A DNA stretch of 62,057 bases. Origin: Octopus bimaculoides. Its lineage: Eukaryota. This document shows, in pieces, positions 24,242 to 36,781 of the stretch. The notes under the pieces were generated by a model. That model was not told where the DNA came from, ran no database searches, and saw only the letters and a list, made by a program, of their open reading frames with translations. The position numbers and the translations under genes were made by a program. Position 1 is the first letter of the stretch; each line of letters begins with the position of its first letter. The stretch covers positions 59,220,537 through 59,282,593 of the forward strand of contig NC_068983.1 in NCBI RefSeq assembly GCF_001194135.2, given 5' to 3'.

Positions 24242-25844
24242 AAAGTACTGTTGCTGAATATCTTTCATTGTGAGATTTAAAAATAGTAATTTTCTAGAGA
24301 AGCAGATGCTCTATAGGAATCACATGATAAACCACATGAACCATTCTTTTTTATAGGTTAGTCAGGAAAAGGAACATTTATAGACTCTCCAAGACTAGCA
24401 AAATCAGTGCTGTCAATGTTCTTTGTGAACAGCTGCAGATGAAACATGGCCTAGGAGGGGATTCCAGGAGGCTGTCATTTTCAGATGGAATACTGGGTAA
24501 TAGCAAGTATTGTGAGACCTGTAGAGTGGACAGAATATAGGTAATGAGAAGAAGCAAGATTAAATGACAGTAAAGAAATATGTCAGAGTTTCGAGTGTGT
24601 TGGAGAATCAGCTGATATCAATGAGTTAAGATGAAATATTTTATAGCCATATATAGGAAGGCTGGTGCTTGTGAGTTGCAGGTTTTAGTATGCATGGATT
24701 AGAGGACACCAAGTGAGATCATTAGGCATTGTGAAGCTCAGCATTTACAATGGCTTTAAGGATTATATTTGTGTATTATCCCCAAACAATGACATCAGAG
24801 AGAATGATGACTTCAAAAAGGGGTGAAGTGAGATTACTCTCCTCAATGCCAGAAGAGATAATCAAAGAGTTTTTGGTAGCGGAAAGAGTTAAGAGAACAC
24901 AGTGGAGGCAACAAATGTTCAGAGAAGTGTGGAGAAGGGAGTCACTGAGCTAGGGTAAGTGGAAGTACTTGTTGCTGATATTCAGGTGAGAGAGGTCAGA
25001 GAGTGGAATGTATATGCAGAAACCACTTTTCAGAATGAAATTTGCATCCAAGAATATAAGTTGGAAGTAGAGGAAGAATCATTTTGGTAGCATTGACGTA
25101 TCACTGCTACTATGACAACCACCATTATTCCTTCTTTAAGTATAACTTTGAAAGTGGAGACAATGGAGTGAAGATTCAACTAGATGAAATCTCCAAGCAG
25201 TTTAAGAGCAAATGTCTCTGATATCCAAGTGGTTAAGAAAGTGTCAACAGAAGGGTACCCAAGAGTCATTACCTGCATGTGGCCCTTAAATTCTTACACT
25301 AAAGAGTGTAAGAAGGGCCAAACACTTGCCTGAGTGGGGTTTCTTCAGCCCCTGAAATTGCTGGCCTTGTGCCAAAATTTGAAACCAATATTTTACTTAC
25401 AAGGCTTTGGTTAAACCAGAGCTGTGAGAAAAGATATTTTCCCAAAATACGGTGCGTTAGGATTGAACCTGAAATCATGTGGTTGAAGAACAAACATCTT
25501 AACCACACAGCCATGCCTGGTGACAAATAGGAAACAACGATTATTTGCCTTTGGCATCTTACAATCAGGATTGAGTTGGATTATATTTAATTAATTCTTT
25601 TGTCTTCATAACAATGAATAAAATTTGGCATTTGGCATTAAGAGACTTAATGTATTTACTTTAAACTAAGTATTAGTATTAATATCTATGTTTAAAACAT
25701 TTTTCCTTAAAAAGCACTTTATTAGTAAATCATCATCGTCACCATTTTTGATACTGTTAACTGCCAATGCATCTGTGCAGTCAGCACATTTTGGCTATGT
25801 CCCTATTATCATTACAATCATTTCCTCTCATTTTTTCATTATTA

Positions 25845-25881
<37 letters not shown>

Positions 25882-27568
25882 GTTTCACAAATGTTGCGAT
25901 ATTAAAATACTGAGCTTAAAAGAATATTTAAAAGCCATTAATTTCGATTTTCCTTCATTTTTTTCTTCTTTACTCTCTTTCTTTTTTCGTATTATAATCC
26001 TTATTTAATATTCTATTATTATTGAAAATGGATTTCAATTAAACTTCAAAGGGAAAACATATTATTTTATTGACTTCATGCTTAATACATACACTTTTAC
26101 TAGTTTATAATAGTTGCAAGGAAAAAAACTGCAATTATGCCTTGTTCCATGTTTAACTCTTTTTAATCTTTATTTGAAAGTGTCTAACAGCAGTAATTTC
26201 ACTCTTTTCTCAGTTATGCAGTTCAAAAGGCAATGAAAATTTACATACGCATTCAACATAAAAATCATATTCTGTCAACGACTGTATGTAATTTTCTTTT
26301 TCTCTTGGAAATCAATGTTTTACTTTTAGCTTTGATATTTACATGTACTCATGTGTTTATTCATAAGTTGGCTATTCTTTCTAAAGCAAACAATTACATT
26401 CTTATGAAATCTGATCGCAGCCATTAGTTAATCTCTCTCTCTCACTTTCTCTCCCTCTCTCTTTCTCTCTATCTATTCCTCTCTGTCTCTTCCACAATTA
26501 TGAAAATGGTATCCATACTTCCAAACTTAGTTATTGTAATTGTACGCTATTCATCTCTTTCACCTTTACTCCTTTTATCATCATCCTTACAGTGCTTTAC
26601 ACCTAGTCGCTTTCTATGAATAATTTAATTAATCCTACATTTACAAGAGCAGAACCTGTCTGATAGAGATATCTCTCTCCATTAATGAGGGAAACATGAA
26701 CCAATGAAAGAGTTCTAATGTATCTATATGAAATGCTAGAGATGACAACCAAACTCTCCCTCAACTCACATCTAACACCAGTAAAAGGATACATCGGATA
26801 ATATAGTCTGAACTACACAAAGCATAAACAAAAATGGAATTGCCATGGTTGGAATACATTCCATCATAGATCTGTTCAATCATGGCAGATGTACAAGTAT
26901 ATTACAAACAAAAAGACTCCATCAGCATTTATTCTACTATCAGGTGCAGGTATGGCTGTGTGGTAAGAAGTTTGCTTCCCAACCACATTGTTCCAGGTTC
27001 AGTCACACTGTGTGGCACCTTGGATACTTTCTATTATAGCCTTGGGCCAGCTAAAGCCTTGTGAGTGGATTTGGCAGACAGAAACTAAAAGAAGCCTGTC
27101 TCTTTGGGATTCCTTAAAGACAATGTCACCTTCATATAATTAAGGTATCTTCGGCCAGGTGAGTAGCAAGCTGAGTACTCCTCATTGAGTAATTATTACA
27201 CCAGAGGATCTTCTAGCTAGGAAACATATGTAGCCTGGATTTTACCTGTTGCACTGCTGTAGAAACTCTGCCAAATCAGATTGGAGCCTGGTGTAGCCAT
27301 TGGGTTTCATCAGTCCTCAGTCAAATCGTCCAACCCATGCTAGCATGGAAAGCGGACATTAAACGATGATGATGATGATGATGATTCATAGCAACTCTAA
27401 ACATTGTTTTCAGCTAATTGAACTTCAATATGGAAAAAAGCCTACAACCTTCAACACCAATAAATTAGTATTGTTCCTGAACGTTGATTTTTATACCTAT
27501 CATCAACTGCTTAAAGTTCATAAACTTCCTGCATTTAGATCTTTCGTTCTTATTATTACACACATGTG

Positions 27569-28500
27569 TACATATTCTGATCAATAAGTATCCGGACTGT
27601 TGCCTTAGTAACGAAGCTAAATCACACAGAGTGAAGCTGCTTGGCACAGATTGGCCTCAGGCTCTGCTTTGCATGCGCACTAAGTTTTAACGTTCTAGCT
27701 CACTTCCACTGACTGTTTACAGCAGTGCTTGGAAGGAAGGTGTGTAGTGTGTGATCGCTGCATTGACCATGACAAAGTTGAGCAGAGAGTTTGCATCAAA
27801 TTTNNNNNNNNNNGTTGAGCAGAGAGTTTGCATCAAATTTTGCCAAAAGCTTGGTGATACCTGCTCAGAGGCCTACGCAAAGTTTTCAAAAAGCTTTCAT
27901 CTTCCTCGACACAATCAAGGAGATCTTGTGCAACTGAACCTGAGTGTCATTTTGTTCAGCTGATAGCAATTTGGGGCACAAACATGGCAGACATATGTCT
28001 CATACCAAAATCTTCAGAGATAATGGACTGAACTGAACCGTAATTAATCTGCACATCCTCTGATAACTCATGGATAGTAATTTGACGATTTCCCATCACA
28101 GCTGCACGCACATCAGCAATGTTTTTCTCAGTTCTGCTAGTTGCGGGTCTCCCAGTACGTTCGTCACTATTGACAATTTTTGACCATCTTGGAAACGTCT
28201 GAACCACTCATACACTTCTATGCAGCTCATACTCTCCTCTCCATACACTTTCTGCAACCTAGTATACACCTCTAAGCAGGTATCACCATGACAACATTCT
28301 CTGTCATGGTCAATGTGACGATCACATGCTACACATGTTCCTTCCAAGCACTGCTCTAAACAGCAGAATTGAGGTAGAATATGAAAACTTAGTGAGCATG
28401 CACAACAGAGTCCAAGGTCAATATTTGCCAAGCAGCTTTACTCTGCATATTTTAGCTTCATTACTATGGCAACAGTCTGGATACTTATTGATCAGATCTT

Positions 28501-28503
<3 letters not shown>
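27569..28503. mobile_element. Mariner-derived element made of two inverted 5' ends
   Basis: tctgatcaataagtatccggactg at 27576 and its complement ending 28496; + arm encodes EQRVCIKFCQKLGDTCSEAY; - arm encodes YGEESMS..EVYEWFRRF..DERTGRP..RQITIHELSE..FVP..DLLDCVEEDESF. Confidence 0.85.
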
Positions 28504-28548
<45 letters not shown>

Positions 28549-29204
28549 TTGATAAATGAAAATTTATTAAATACAGATGTGGTTTAATCTTATATATACA
28601 TACATTGACAACAAAAGACAAACCAGTGTAGCAGCCTCTTCATGGCTACATATAGCAGCCAAATCTCCCTCAAAGTATATTATCACATCTTTTACAAAGA
28701 ACACATTGGCCAATGTAGTTGGTGACACGCAATTCTCAATAAAAGGATAAAATAGTCATGGCTGGCTTCAATACATTTGATCACATGACTGCCTGGTCAA
28801 GGCTGGCTTAAGGATAACAAACAGTAACAACAGAAAATACAGCCTCTGTACCACTTTTGGAACCAATAAACATTTTTAAATGTTTTAAGAGAATCAAATA
28901 TCTAATATAACAGACATTGTAGGTGCATCATGGCTATGTGGTTAAGAAGCTTGCTTCCTAATCATGTGGTTTCAGGTTCATTCCTGCTGCAAGGCATCTT
29001 GGCCTAGTGTCTATAGCCCTGGGCTGACCAAAGCCTTGTGAGTGGATTTAATTGATGGAAACTGAAAGAATCCCATCAAGTGTGTGTGTGTGTGAGGGAG
29101 ATAGAGAGAGAGAGAGAGAGAGTTTGTATGTAACCTTATCTCAATATCACATGATAGCTGTAAATGAGCATTCCCAACAAACGTGATGCAATATTCCTGC
29201 ATTT

Positions 29205-29420
29205 ATTAAGGCAGTGAGCTGGCAGAATCATTAGCACACTGGATAAAATGCTTAGCAGTATTCCATGTCTTTACGTTCTGAGTTTCAAATTCTGCCGAGG
29301 TCAAGTTTACCTTTCATCCTTTCCAGGTAGATAAATTAAGTACCAGTTGCATACTGGGGTCAATCTAATTGACTGGTCCTCTCCCCCAAAATGTTAGGTG
29401 TTGTGCATAGCATAGAAAAG
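29205..29420 (+). mobile_element. Family C SINE
   Basis: gagctggcagaatcattagc...gccgaggtcaagtttacctttcatcctttcc...gataaattaagtaccagt. Confidence 0.85.
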
Positions 29421-29675
29421 TATATTGTTCATTTCCAGTCTTCAGTGCAAAACATGTCTGGCTATAAGGAAATATTACCTTGCTTGGAAACAGGTGGGTA
29501 TTGGTAACAGGAAAACCATCCAGCTGTAGAAAACCTGCCTCAGCAAATTTTGTCTGACTCATGCAAGCATGGAAAAGTGGACGTTATGAGAAGGATGATG
29601 ATGATTAATTATTGTGTTGATTGAAAAGTCTTACAATATTTTGGTAACTTTTTTGCTTTGTTCATTAGATTACAC

Positions 29676-29810
29676 CAAAAGCAGCCTAGCATTTAAAGTA
29701 GAGGCCATCTTTCTGTCAGTTTTTTGATCCCGTGTCAATACCTGTTCTTGTCCTTCAAGGTAAAGAGCTCTTTCACTGAACCTTCCATGTCCTCTTGGCT
29801 GATGAAGCAT
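29676..29810 (-). repeat. One arm plus loop of the palindromic element at 61289
   Basis: aaaagcagcctagcatt..agaggccat..cagttttttgatccc..gttcttgtccttcaaggtaaagagctctttcactga..gatgaagca matches reverse complement of 61432-61574. Confidence 0.7.
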
Positions 29811-29870
29811 CATGATCACAGGAAGTGAGCCATGGATTGGAACAAGTAATAATCAGCAAATAGTTATCAA

Positions 29871-29995
29871 AATATTGACTCTACACAATATTCTGACTCT
29901 ACACAATACTTTGACTCTACACAACATTTTGACTCTACACAATATTTTGATTCTATACAACATTTTGACTCTACACAATATTTTGACTCTACACG
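29871..29995. repeat. 18-bp tandem repeat x7 (TGACTCTACACAATATTT)
   Basis: Units start at 29876, 29894, 29912, 29930, 29948, 29966, 29984. Confidence 0.95.
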
Positions 29996-30565
29996 GTATT
30001 TCAAGACAGAGTGTTAGAATGTCATCTTCAAGAAAATTACTCGATGCAGAAACTAGATAAAATCTGCATTTCTTCCTTGTGCCAGAAGATCATTAATTAC
30101 AAAGTAATATTTAAATCTTTCGGGTGTTAGATTGTTTAGCTAATTGCTCCTTTTTAAGTTTGTTGAATCACCTCTGAGAAAACTGTACAAATAAGTTTTC
30201 CCCTCATCAGACAGTACGAGCAAGCAACACAGTTAATAATGCTGTAATATGGAGAAAGCTTTCAGATCATGGTATTTAATAACAATGTTGTTTCTAAGAT
30301 GTGTGCTTATGCATGGATATGTATTATTATAATTAGCAGACAGAGGGAAAAATTATGTGCAAATTCACAAAGGCATAGGCTTCGTTCTGTGATTAAGAAG
30401 TTTGCTTCTCAACCATAGGGTTTCGGGTTCAGTCCCACTATGTGACACCAAGGGTGAGTGTCCTCTTCTATGGTCTTGGGCCAATCAAAGCCTTGTGAGT
30501 GGATTTGGTAGATGGAATGTGAATGAAGCTCAATATATTCACACATACATACATACATATATATA

Positions 30566-30626
<61 letters not shown>

Positions 30627-31054
30627 CGTTTAACATTCGCTTTCCATGCTATATATATATATATATTGAAATTAACATTAACTTATCTCACTCTTTCTTA
30701 CAGAACCCTAGGGTTCCAGGGAATCCAGACTGTGAAACGCTGTTCTACATTATAAATAAAGGAGAAGACACCAAGCAGTATAGACCCTGGTAAACAAAAA
30801 ATAGGAGATGGACACAGCTGAAACACTTTTGATCTAAGATCTGCTTGAAGAAGACTGACCTGGCACTAAACAACAACAACAACAACAGCAATTGAAATCG
30901 ATATCTGCCATATTATCATTTCAAAGAATTTCTTTTCTTATCAAACTTTGATATGTTAGTCTATGTGCTTTCAAATATCAACATAACATAGTCTGAAAGA
31001 AGAGAATCGATTTTGGAAAGTCTTAGAAAATAGATGTTTTCTGTGCTTCTGAAA

Positions 31055-31093
<39 letters not shown>

Positions 31094-31621
31094 GTATATA
31101 TATATATNNNNNNNNNNNNNNNNNNNNNNNNNNNNNNNNNNNNNNNNNNNNNNNNNNNNNNNNNNNNNNNNNNNNNNNNNNNNNNNNNNNNNNNNNNNNN
31201 NNNNNNNNNNNNNNNNNNNNNNNNNNNNNNNNNNNNNNNNNNNNNNNNNNNNNNNNNNNNNNNNNNNNNNNNNNNNNNNNNNNNNNNNNNNNNNNNNNNN
31301 NNNNNNNNNNNNNNNNNNNNNNNNNNNNNNNNNNNNNNNNNNNNNNNNNNNNNNNNNNNNNNNNNNNNNNNNNNNNNNNNNNNNNNNNNNNNNNNNNNNN
31401 NNNNNNNNNNNNNNNNNNNNNNNNNNNNNNNNNNNNNNNNNNNNNNNNNNNNNNNNNNNNNNNNNNNNNNNNNNNNNNNNNNNNNNNNNNNNNNNNNNNN
31501 NNNNNNNNNNNNNNNNNNNNNNNNNNNNNNNNNNNNNNNNNNNNNNNNNNNNNNNNNNNNNNNNNNNNNNNNNNNNNNNNNNNNNNNNNNNNNNNNNNTA
31601 TATATATGTATATGTATATAT

Positions 31622-31677
<56 letters not shown>

Positions 31678-31687
31678 GTATATGTAT

Positions 31688-31747
<60 letters not shown>

Positions 31748-32184
31748 GTATATGTATATATATATATGCAAGAGTACAATAATATATTGAATTAAACTAT
31801 TAAACAAATTGATCTTGAAATAGGTAACATATTTGAAACTATATGTTATAAATAAAAATTCAGCAAATTCTATATGTAGAAATACAGTGTCTCGAAAATG
31901 GTCATTGAATATATCAACTGAAATATGGTAAAAATAGAAATGCAAACAATGAAATTCAATAATAAAAGTATTCAAAGTATTAATAGTAAAAATTCATTAT
32001 AATATTATCAAATAACGAACACAAATGTTTTGCTTTGCTTGCTTTCTTATTTTTCTTTTTTTTACTTTATAATTTCTTATATTTGGTTTTTAACCACCAT
32101 TCATCTCAAGCTAGATATGTGCTGCCATTTTGTGCTCACAATGTCTGATATAATATAATGTATAATGCTCATGAATGTACCCCA

Positions 32185-32690
32185 TTTTGCTCACAACCAT
32201 ACAGCATTCAACTCATGATCATACAACATGATCATACAACAGATCATACAACATGGTTTTACATTTGTCTCCTGATTATACAGCATTTGGCTCACAACCA
32301 TACAACACTCATCACACAGTCAAACATCACTCGTCTCACAGTCACACAGCACTCATTTCACAGCCGTACAGCACTTGTCTCACAGCCATACGGCACTCAT
32401 TTCATAGTCATACAGCACTCATTTCACAGCCATACAGCACTTGTCTCACAGCAGTACAGCACTCTCTCACAGACATACAACACTCATTTCATAGCCATAC
32501 AGAACTCATTTCATAGCTGTACAGCACTTGTCTCACAGCCATACAGCACTCTCTCACAGCAGTACAGCACTAGCCTTACAACCATACAACACTTGACATA
32601 GCCACACAGCCAGACAGCCCTTGGTATACAATCATACAGAATTCAACTCACAGCCATACAGTATTTGGTACATAATTATACAACATTCAA
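32185..32690. repeat. Degenerate 20-22-bp minisatellite (cacagccatacagcact + catttc/tgtctc)
   Basis: More than 20 visible units. Confidence 0.9.
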
Positions 32691-32699
32691 CTCCTTATT

Positions 32700-32900
32700 G
32701 TAATGTTATGGGTTCAGATTGGTAGCATATTATACCCTTAAGTAAAATACTTCATTTCACATTTCTCAAGTCTACAGATTTACAGAGACTAATAAGTGGG
32801 TACCAGCTAGGTACTGGTGCAGCTCCCCACCACCACCACCAACTGTCACATGCTATGTTTTCCACTGAGTCAAGAGGTGAGTGGGAGTTCTGAACAAGCA
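32700..32900 (+). mobile_element. Diverged tRNA-SINE (family D-related)
   Basis: gttatgggttca..cttaagtaaaatacttcatttcacat..gggtaccagct..gtcaag..gtgggag, similar to minus strand of 48440-48710. Confidence 0.5.
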
Positions 32901-33652
32901 TTTATATCAACTTTTGACAACATAGGTATGGAAAAGAGTTAGTGAAAGTATGGTACATATTACCAAACTCTACTTACTTTCAAGTGATGGTTCACTGTAA
33001 TATAGTTTGGTGTAATTTTATAAGTTACGCAACACTGCTACACAACTCTTGTATCACAAGATACCCATTAATGTCCAAGATCTTTAACAATACTGTAAAC
33101 TGTTCCTTTCTTCATGTGACAGACTTCTCTTATAATCTATTGTATCAGTTTATCTTCTACAAGAAATTTACATAATGCTACTTCTCAAAGAAAACTCTGT
33201 AATTATGATGTATTCACTTCTTAATTCTTCAAGTTTCCTAAACTAGAATCAAATCTAATTATTTCAATATCCAATACCAATCAATACCTATTGTTATCAA
33301 TATTCCCTATTCTTTACAACATTGTCTCCTTTATAATAACCACAAGTGAACCTTATTCAAAGTGACCAGAGTGAACCCTATTGAAAACAAAAGTCATTAT
33401 TAAAAATGTTTTATCTGCTGTTATCTTATTGCTGAACTTAAAAGACTGTTCCGCAGAGAGGTTTGAAACAGGAAATATTTCAAGAATTTGATACAGATCA
33501 GAGGTTGCTTAATTGGTTTACAAAATCTCAGGTATCACATTCTATTCAGAGAGCATAACAACATGACTGTAATTAAATGTCCATTACTTTGTTAAACGAC
33601 TTAGAAGAACGCTAGTGTTGTAAAATGACAGGAATTTGATAAAGTGACTTAC

Positions 33653-33701
33653 ACTGATGGTATATACATAGACAACAAATAACCAGCACAAACAGACAAA
33701 T
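33653..33701 (-). CDS. Candidate 49-nt minus-strand exon, hydrophobic (FVCLCWLFVVYVYTIS or ICLFVLVICCLCIYHQ); may instead be UTR
   Basis: ~45-nt polypyrimidine tract ending ctcag|, donor CAGT|gtaagt; all three frames open. Confidence 0.25.
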
Positions 33702-34395
33702 CTGAGTGTGGGAGTGAATGAAGGAAGGAAAGAACAAAAGAGGGAGAAATTAACTTCTTTCAGCTATGTCATCGCGCACAGAATGATTTATTGCAGAGGA
33801 AATTAAGAAATAAAATTACTCAAAACATCAGAAAGAAATAAAAACAAAATAAAGCTGCTTAAATTTTAGCTTTATTATTCTTTAATGTGTTTTATGTAAA
33901 TAGATAATAATTACAAAAGAAAAACAAAATGTTCTATTTTGTTGGTGTTTTTGTTGTTTTTCATTTTTCATTTTTATTTTTTCTTCTAGGTTTATTAGCC
34001 ATGCTTCAATTTTCTATTTAAATTTTAATCTTCAACTAGAATTTTCTCCTTATACATACATTACATACATCTAAACACAATCCATCAAATTGTATCTATT
34101 GATAATTTATCAAATAATGTCAATGTCACAGCTGAGAAACTTGTTTTTGTTTAATAATTATTCAAAGTTGTTGATGACTTTGGTTCAAATTAAAACAGAA
34201 ACTAATAGTCCAGTTTATATATCAACAAGTATTTTTTTTCTGTGAAAAAGATCAAAATATTTCACACTTCTTTAAAATACCGTTGAGTTATAACAGCTGA
34301 AAACAGCAAAGTGAAATTATCTGTAAGTTTCCATAGAAAATTAAAAATTCTATGGAACGCCAGAGTTGAAATGAAGCATGATGACTAAATTATGA

Positions 34396-34620
34396 TTTAA
34401 CTCTTTTGTTACAATGTTTCTGTAGAAATACTTTCATTTCAATTGATTTGGAAAATAACCAAGAATTTAGGAAAATATTTTTGCTATTATTAAAATGGTG
34501 CTTGGAACATAAATCAACATGAAATTTTGATGGAAGATTTTAATTTAGATCATATCTAAACAGGAAGTTGGCAACATAGAACCAGGGGCAGTCCAAGTGA
34601 TTTGATACAAAGAGAGCTAA
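34396..34620. mobile_element. piggyBac-like MITE (related copies ~44075-44260 and ~51568-51795)
   Basis: ttaa-ctcttttgttac ... gatacaaaagagctaa ends; shared internal ctgcccctgg..aaagtgat..aaattaaaatc. Confidence 0.55.
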
Positions 34621-34929
34621 AATTCTGTTGTAGACAATATTTTTATACAATCTATGGATTAAGAATGAATTTATATCAAGACAGTTTTGTTAATTCCTCA
34701 CTTCTCTGCATTGTCAACAAGTTTCATATCTACAGGTGATGTTTTTAATCTTTAAAAATATTCTATTTGAAATATATGGCGTTTTATTTTTTGAATGATG
34801 AGTAACTTTTGTAAAGAAAAAACAGCAGAGATGCTTTGTCCTGCGCAAAAACCACAGGAGTTATTTAAAGGTATTAGAAGTTCTTATGGTGAGTAAAGCA
34901 ATCACAATGCTAAAAACCATTTTTACCTT

Positions 34930-35400
34930 CAGCAGGTATCTCAAGGCTATAAGCATTTCACCCTGTTTACCTGTATGCTTTCACCTGAGTAAGGCAAGAA
35001 GGACTGAATTAGCCTTCACTTACAATGAATGGGTTCAATCTGTGAGCTGTCGTTAACCATAATCATCTTCACCTGGTCTCAGGTATCTTGTCTATCTCTC
35101 TGGTGGATGTCTCCAGTTGTTTGGTGTGCTTATTACTGGAACCCAATTATAATGGAAAACTTCAGCAGCTGACTTCCAACAGTGAATAAAGCCATGGGCC
35201 ATCGTTTGACAAGAGCTTCATCAATCAGATCTTGAGGAGAAATATTAATTCTGTCCTCCCATGACACAAGGAGTTCACCTACGAGTGACAATCCTTTTAA
35301 AACTTCTGGATAGAAGAACCATATCTGGTTTGAGCGATGTTACTGCCACCTCTTATGATTCTGTTCTTTCTCTCTATTTGCATCTCTCATTCTGAAGACC
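34930..35400 (-). mobile_element. 3' fragment of an RLE-type (HERO-like) non-LTR retrotransposon
   Basis: Minus strand TSLKPDMVLLSRSFKRIV..ELLVSWEDRI..DLIDEAL..RW...F-VEVSC, matching PD...ELTVPWE...VEVGCRGF restriction-like endonuclease. Confidence 0.7.
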
Positions 35401-36170
35401 AAATCAGTAACACATTATAAAACAATGATATTTGCAGAAATAAAAAGGCCATCGAAACAGAGATCAATGAGTATGGAAATAAGCTGAGTGAAATAAAGCT
35501 GTCTAATTCTCTAAATAATTCCACTTTGATCTATGCCAAGCAGGGTACAATCTTATACATTTACTTTACGGTTATTCAATTAGTATTCCTTTTTATATAA
35601 TAAACATCATAATTTCTGATGAGATCATACATGATAAGACTGAAACACTTCCCGAGTTGTCTCTGGCACTTCTTACCTTTTATCTTTTAGTTGTTTCAGT
35701 TATTAGACTGTGGCCATGCTGGGACACTGTTTTGAAGGATTTTAGTCAAATGAATCAACCCCAGTAATTATTTTATCAAAACCCACTACTTATTCTATTG
35801 GTCTCTTTGGCCAAACCACTAAGTTACACTGATGTAAATACACCAACACTATCATTTTAAGGTCTACTTTTACATGTCTGCAAAAGTTAGATGAAATTCA
35901 GTGAAGAAGATTTTAATGCAGCCAGATGCCCTTCATATAGCCGACTCTTCCTGTTTCCAAGCAAGGTAATATCATGGCTGGACATGATTTCACAGTGGAC
36001 TGCAAATGAAGGACGTTGTTTGTAAGACAGACATGCTTGTTTATATCTCTTGCATGATGTCAAGAAAAGGAGACATAAACACACATATATTCATGTATGT
36101 AAAAAAAATAAAGTTGGGAGATATGAGAGGTAAATATATATAAATTTAACCCATGTAACTTCAATAAAGT

Positions 36171-36521
36171 TACAGCCGTTTCACAAACCACTACAAATAT
36201 TAATTTCAGTATGGAAGAAATAATACATACACATTTTCATTAATGTGTATGCTCAGCATTATGCTATACAATTATATATTAAAAAATTAATGCAAATGAA
36301 GCTAGCTCGTCAGATCACTGGGATGTCGTGCTTACACTAAAAATCCAACTCAATTCACCATGTTATTCCAATGATCTAATGAGCTATCTTTCTTTATTTG
36401 CATTAATTTGTGAATATACAATTGTATTTTATAATGCTAAGCATTATATTAATGCAAACTTGTATGCATAATGTCTTCCATACTGAAATACTAAAAAGAA
36501 GATGGTTGTGAAATGGCCATA
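36171..36521. mobile_element. Foldback MITE, ~150-bp imperfect TIRs
   Basis: tacagccgtttcacaaacca..tttcagtatggaag..ttaatgcaaatgaagctagctc / gagctatct..tttgcattaa..cttccatactgaaat..tggttgtgaaatggccata. Confidence 0.75.
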
Positions 36522-36781
36522 ATCCAATGGTAATCACATGGTGAAATAAATATATATTCCCCTCTCATAACTTCTGACTTTATGGTTTTATATATTCCTC
36601 ATGAAATAATTGCATTGACTGGATTTTCCAAATTTCCAGTTGCTTAGGAATACACTTCTTTCTAATTGATTACTATGGGAACTGATAGCTGAGTCTGTTA
36701 GAGGAGCTTTCTGTGACAGCTGTACAATTTTATAAATCCACATCTTATACTACTCATATGTGTGTGAGAGAGAGAGAGAGA

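Larger units (their letters stand above)
23000..25250 (-). mobile_element. Very decayed CR1/L2-like LINE (endonuclease and linker), interrupted by SINE C and the 24036 hairpin
   Basis: Faint motifs on minus: LFDYLSS, QLI..PT...LD(I)F equivalents; no intact frame. Confidence 0.3.

Noticed and set aside
26600-26880. Possible LINE endonuclease fragment
   Set aside because: Motif resemblance too faint to assign
29871-32690. Regularly spaced repeats as a CRISPR array
   Set aside because: Units are contiguous with no unique spacers; eukaryotic context, no cas genes
32771-32876. 106-nt open exon STDLQRLISGYQLGTGAAPHHHH... with GAG|gtgagt donor
   Set aside because: Lies within a diverged tRNA-SINE (similar to 48440-48710); only exonisation could make it real and there is no evidence for that
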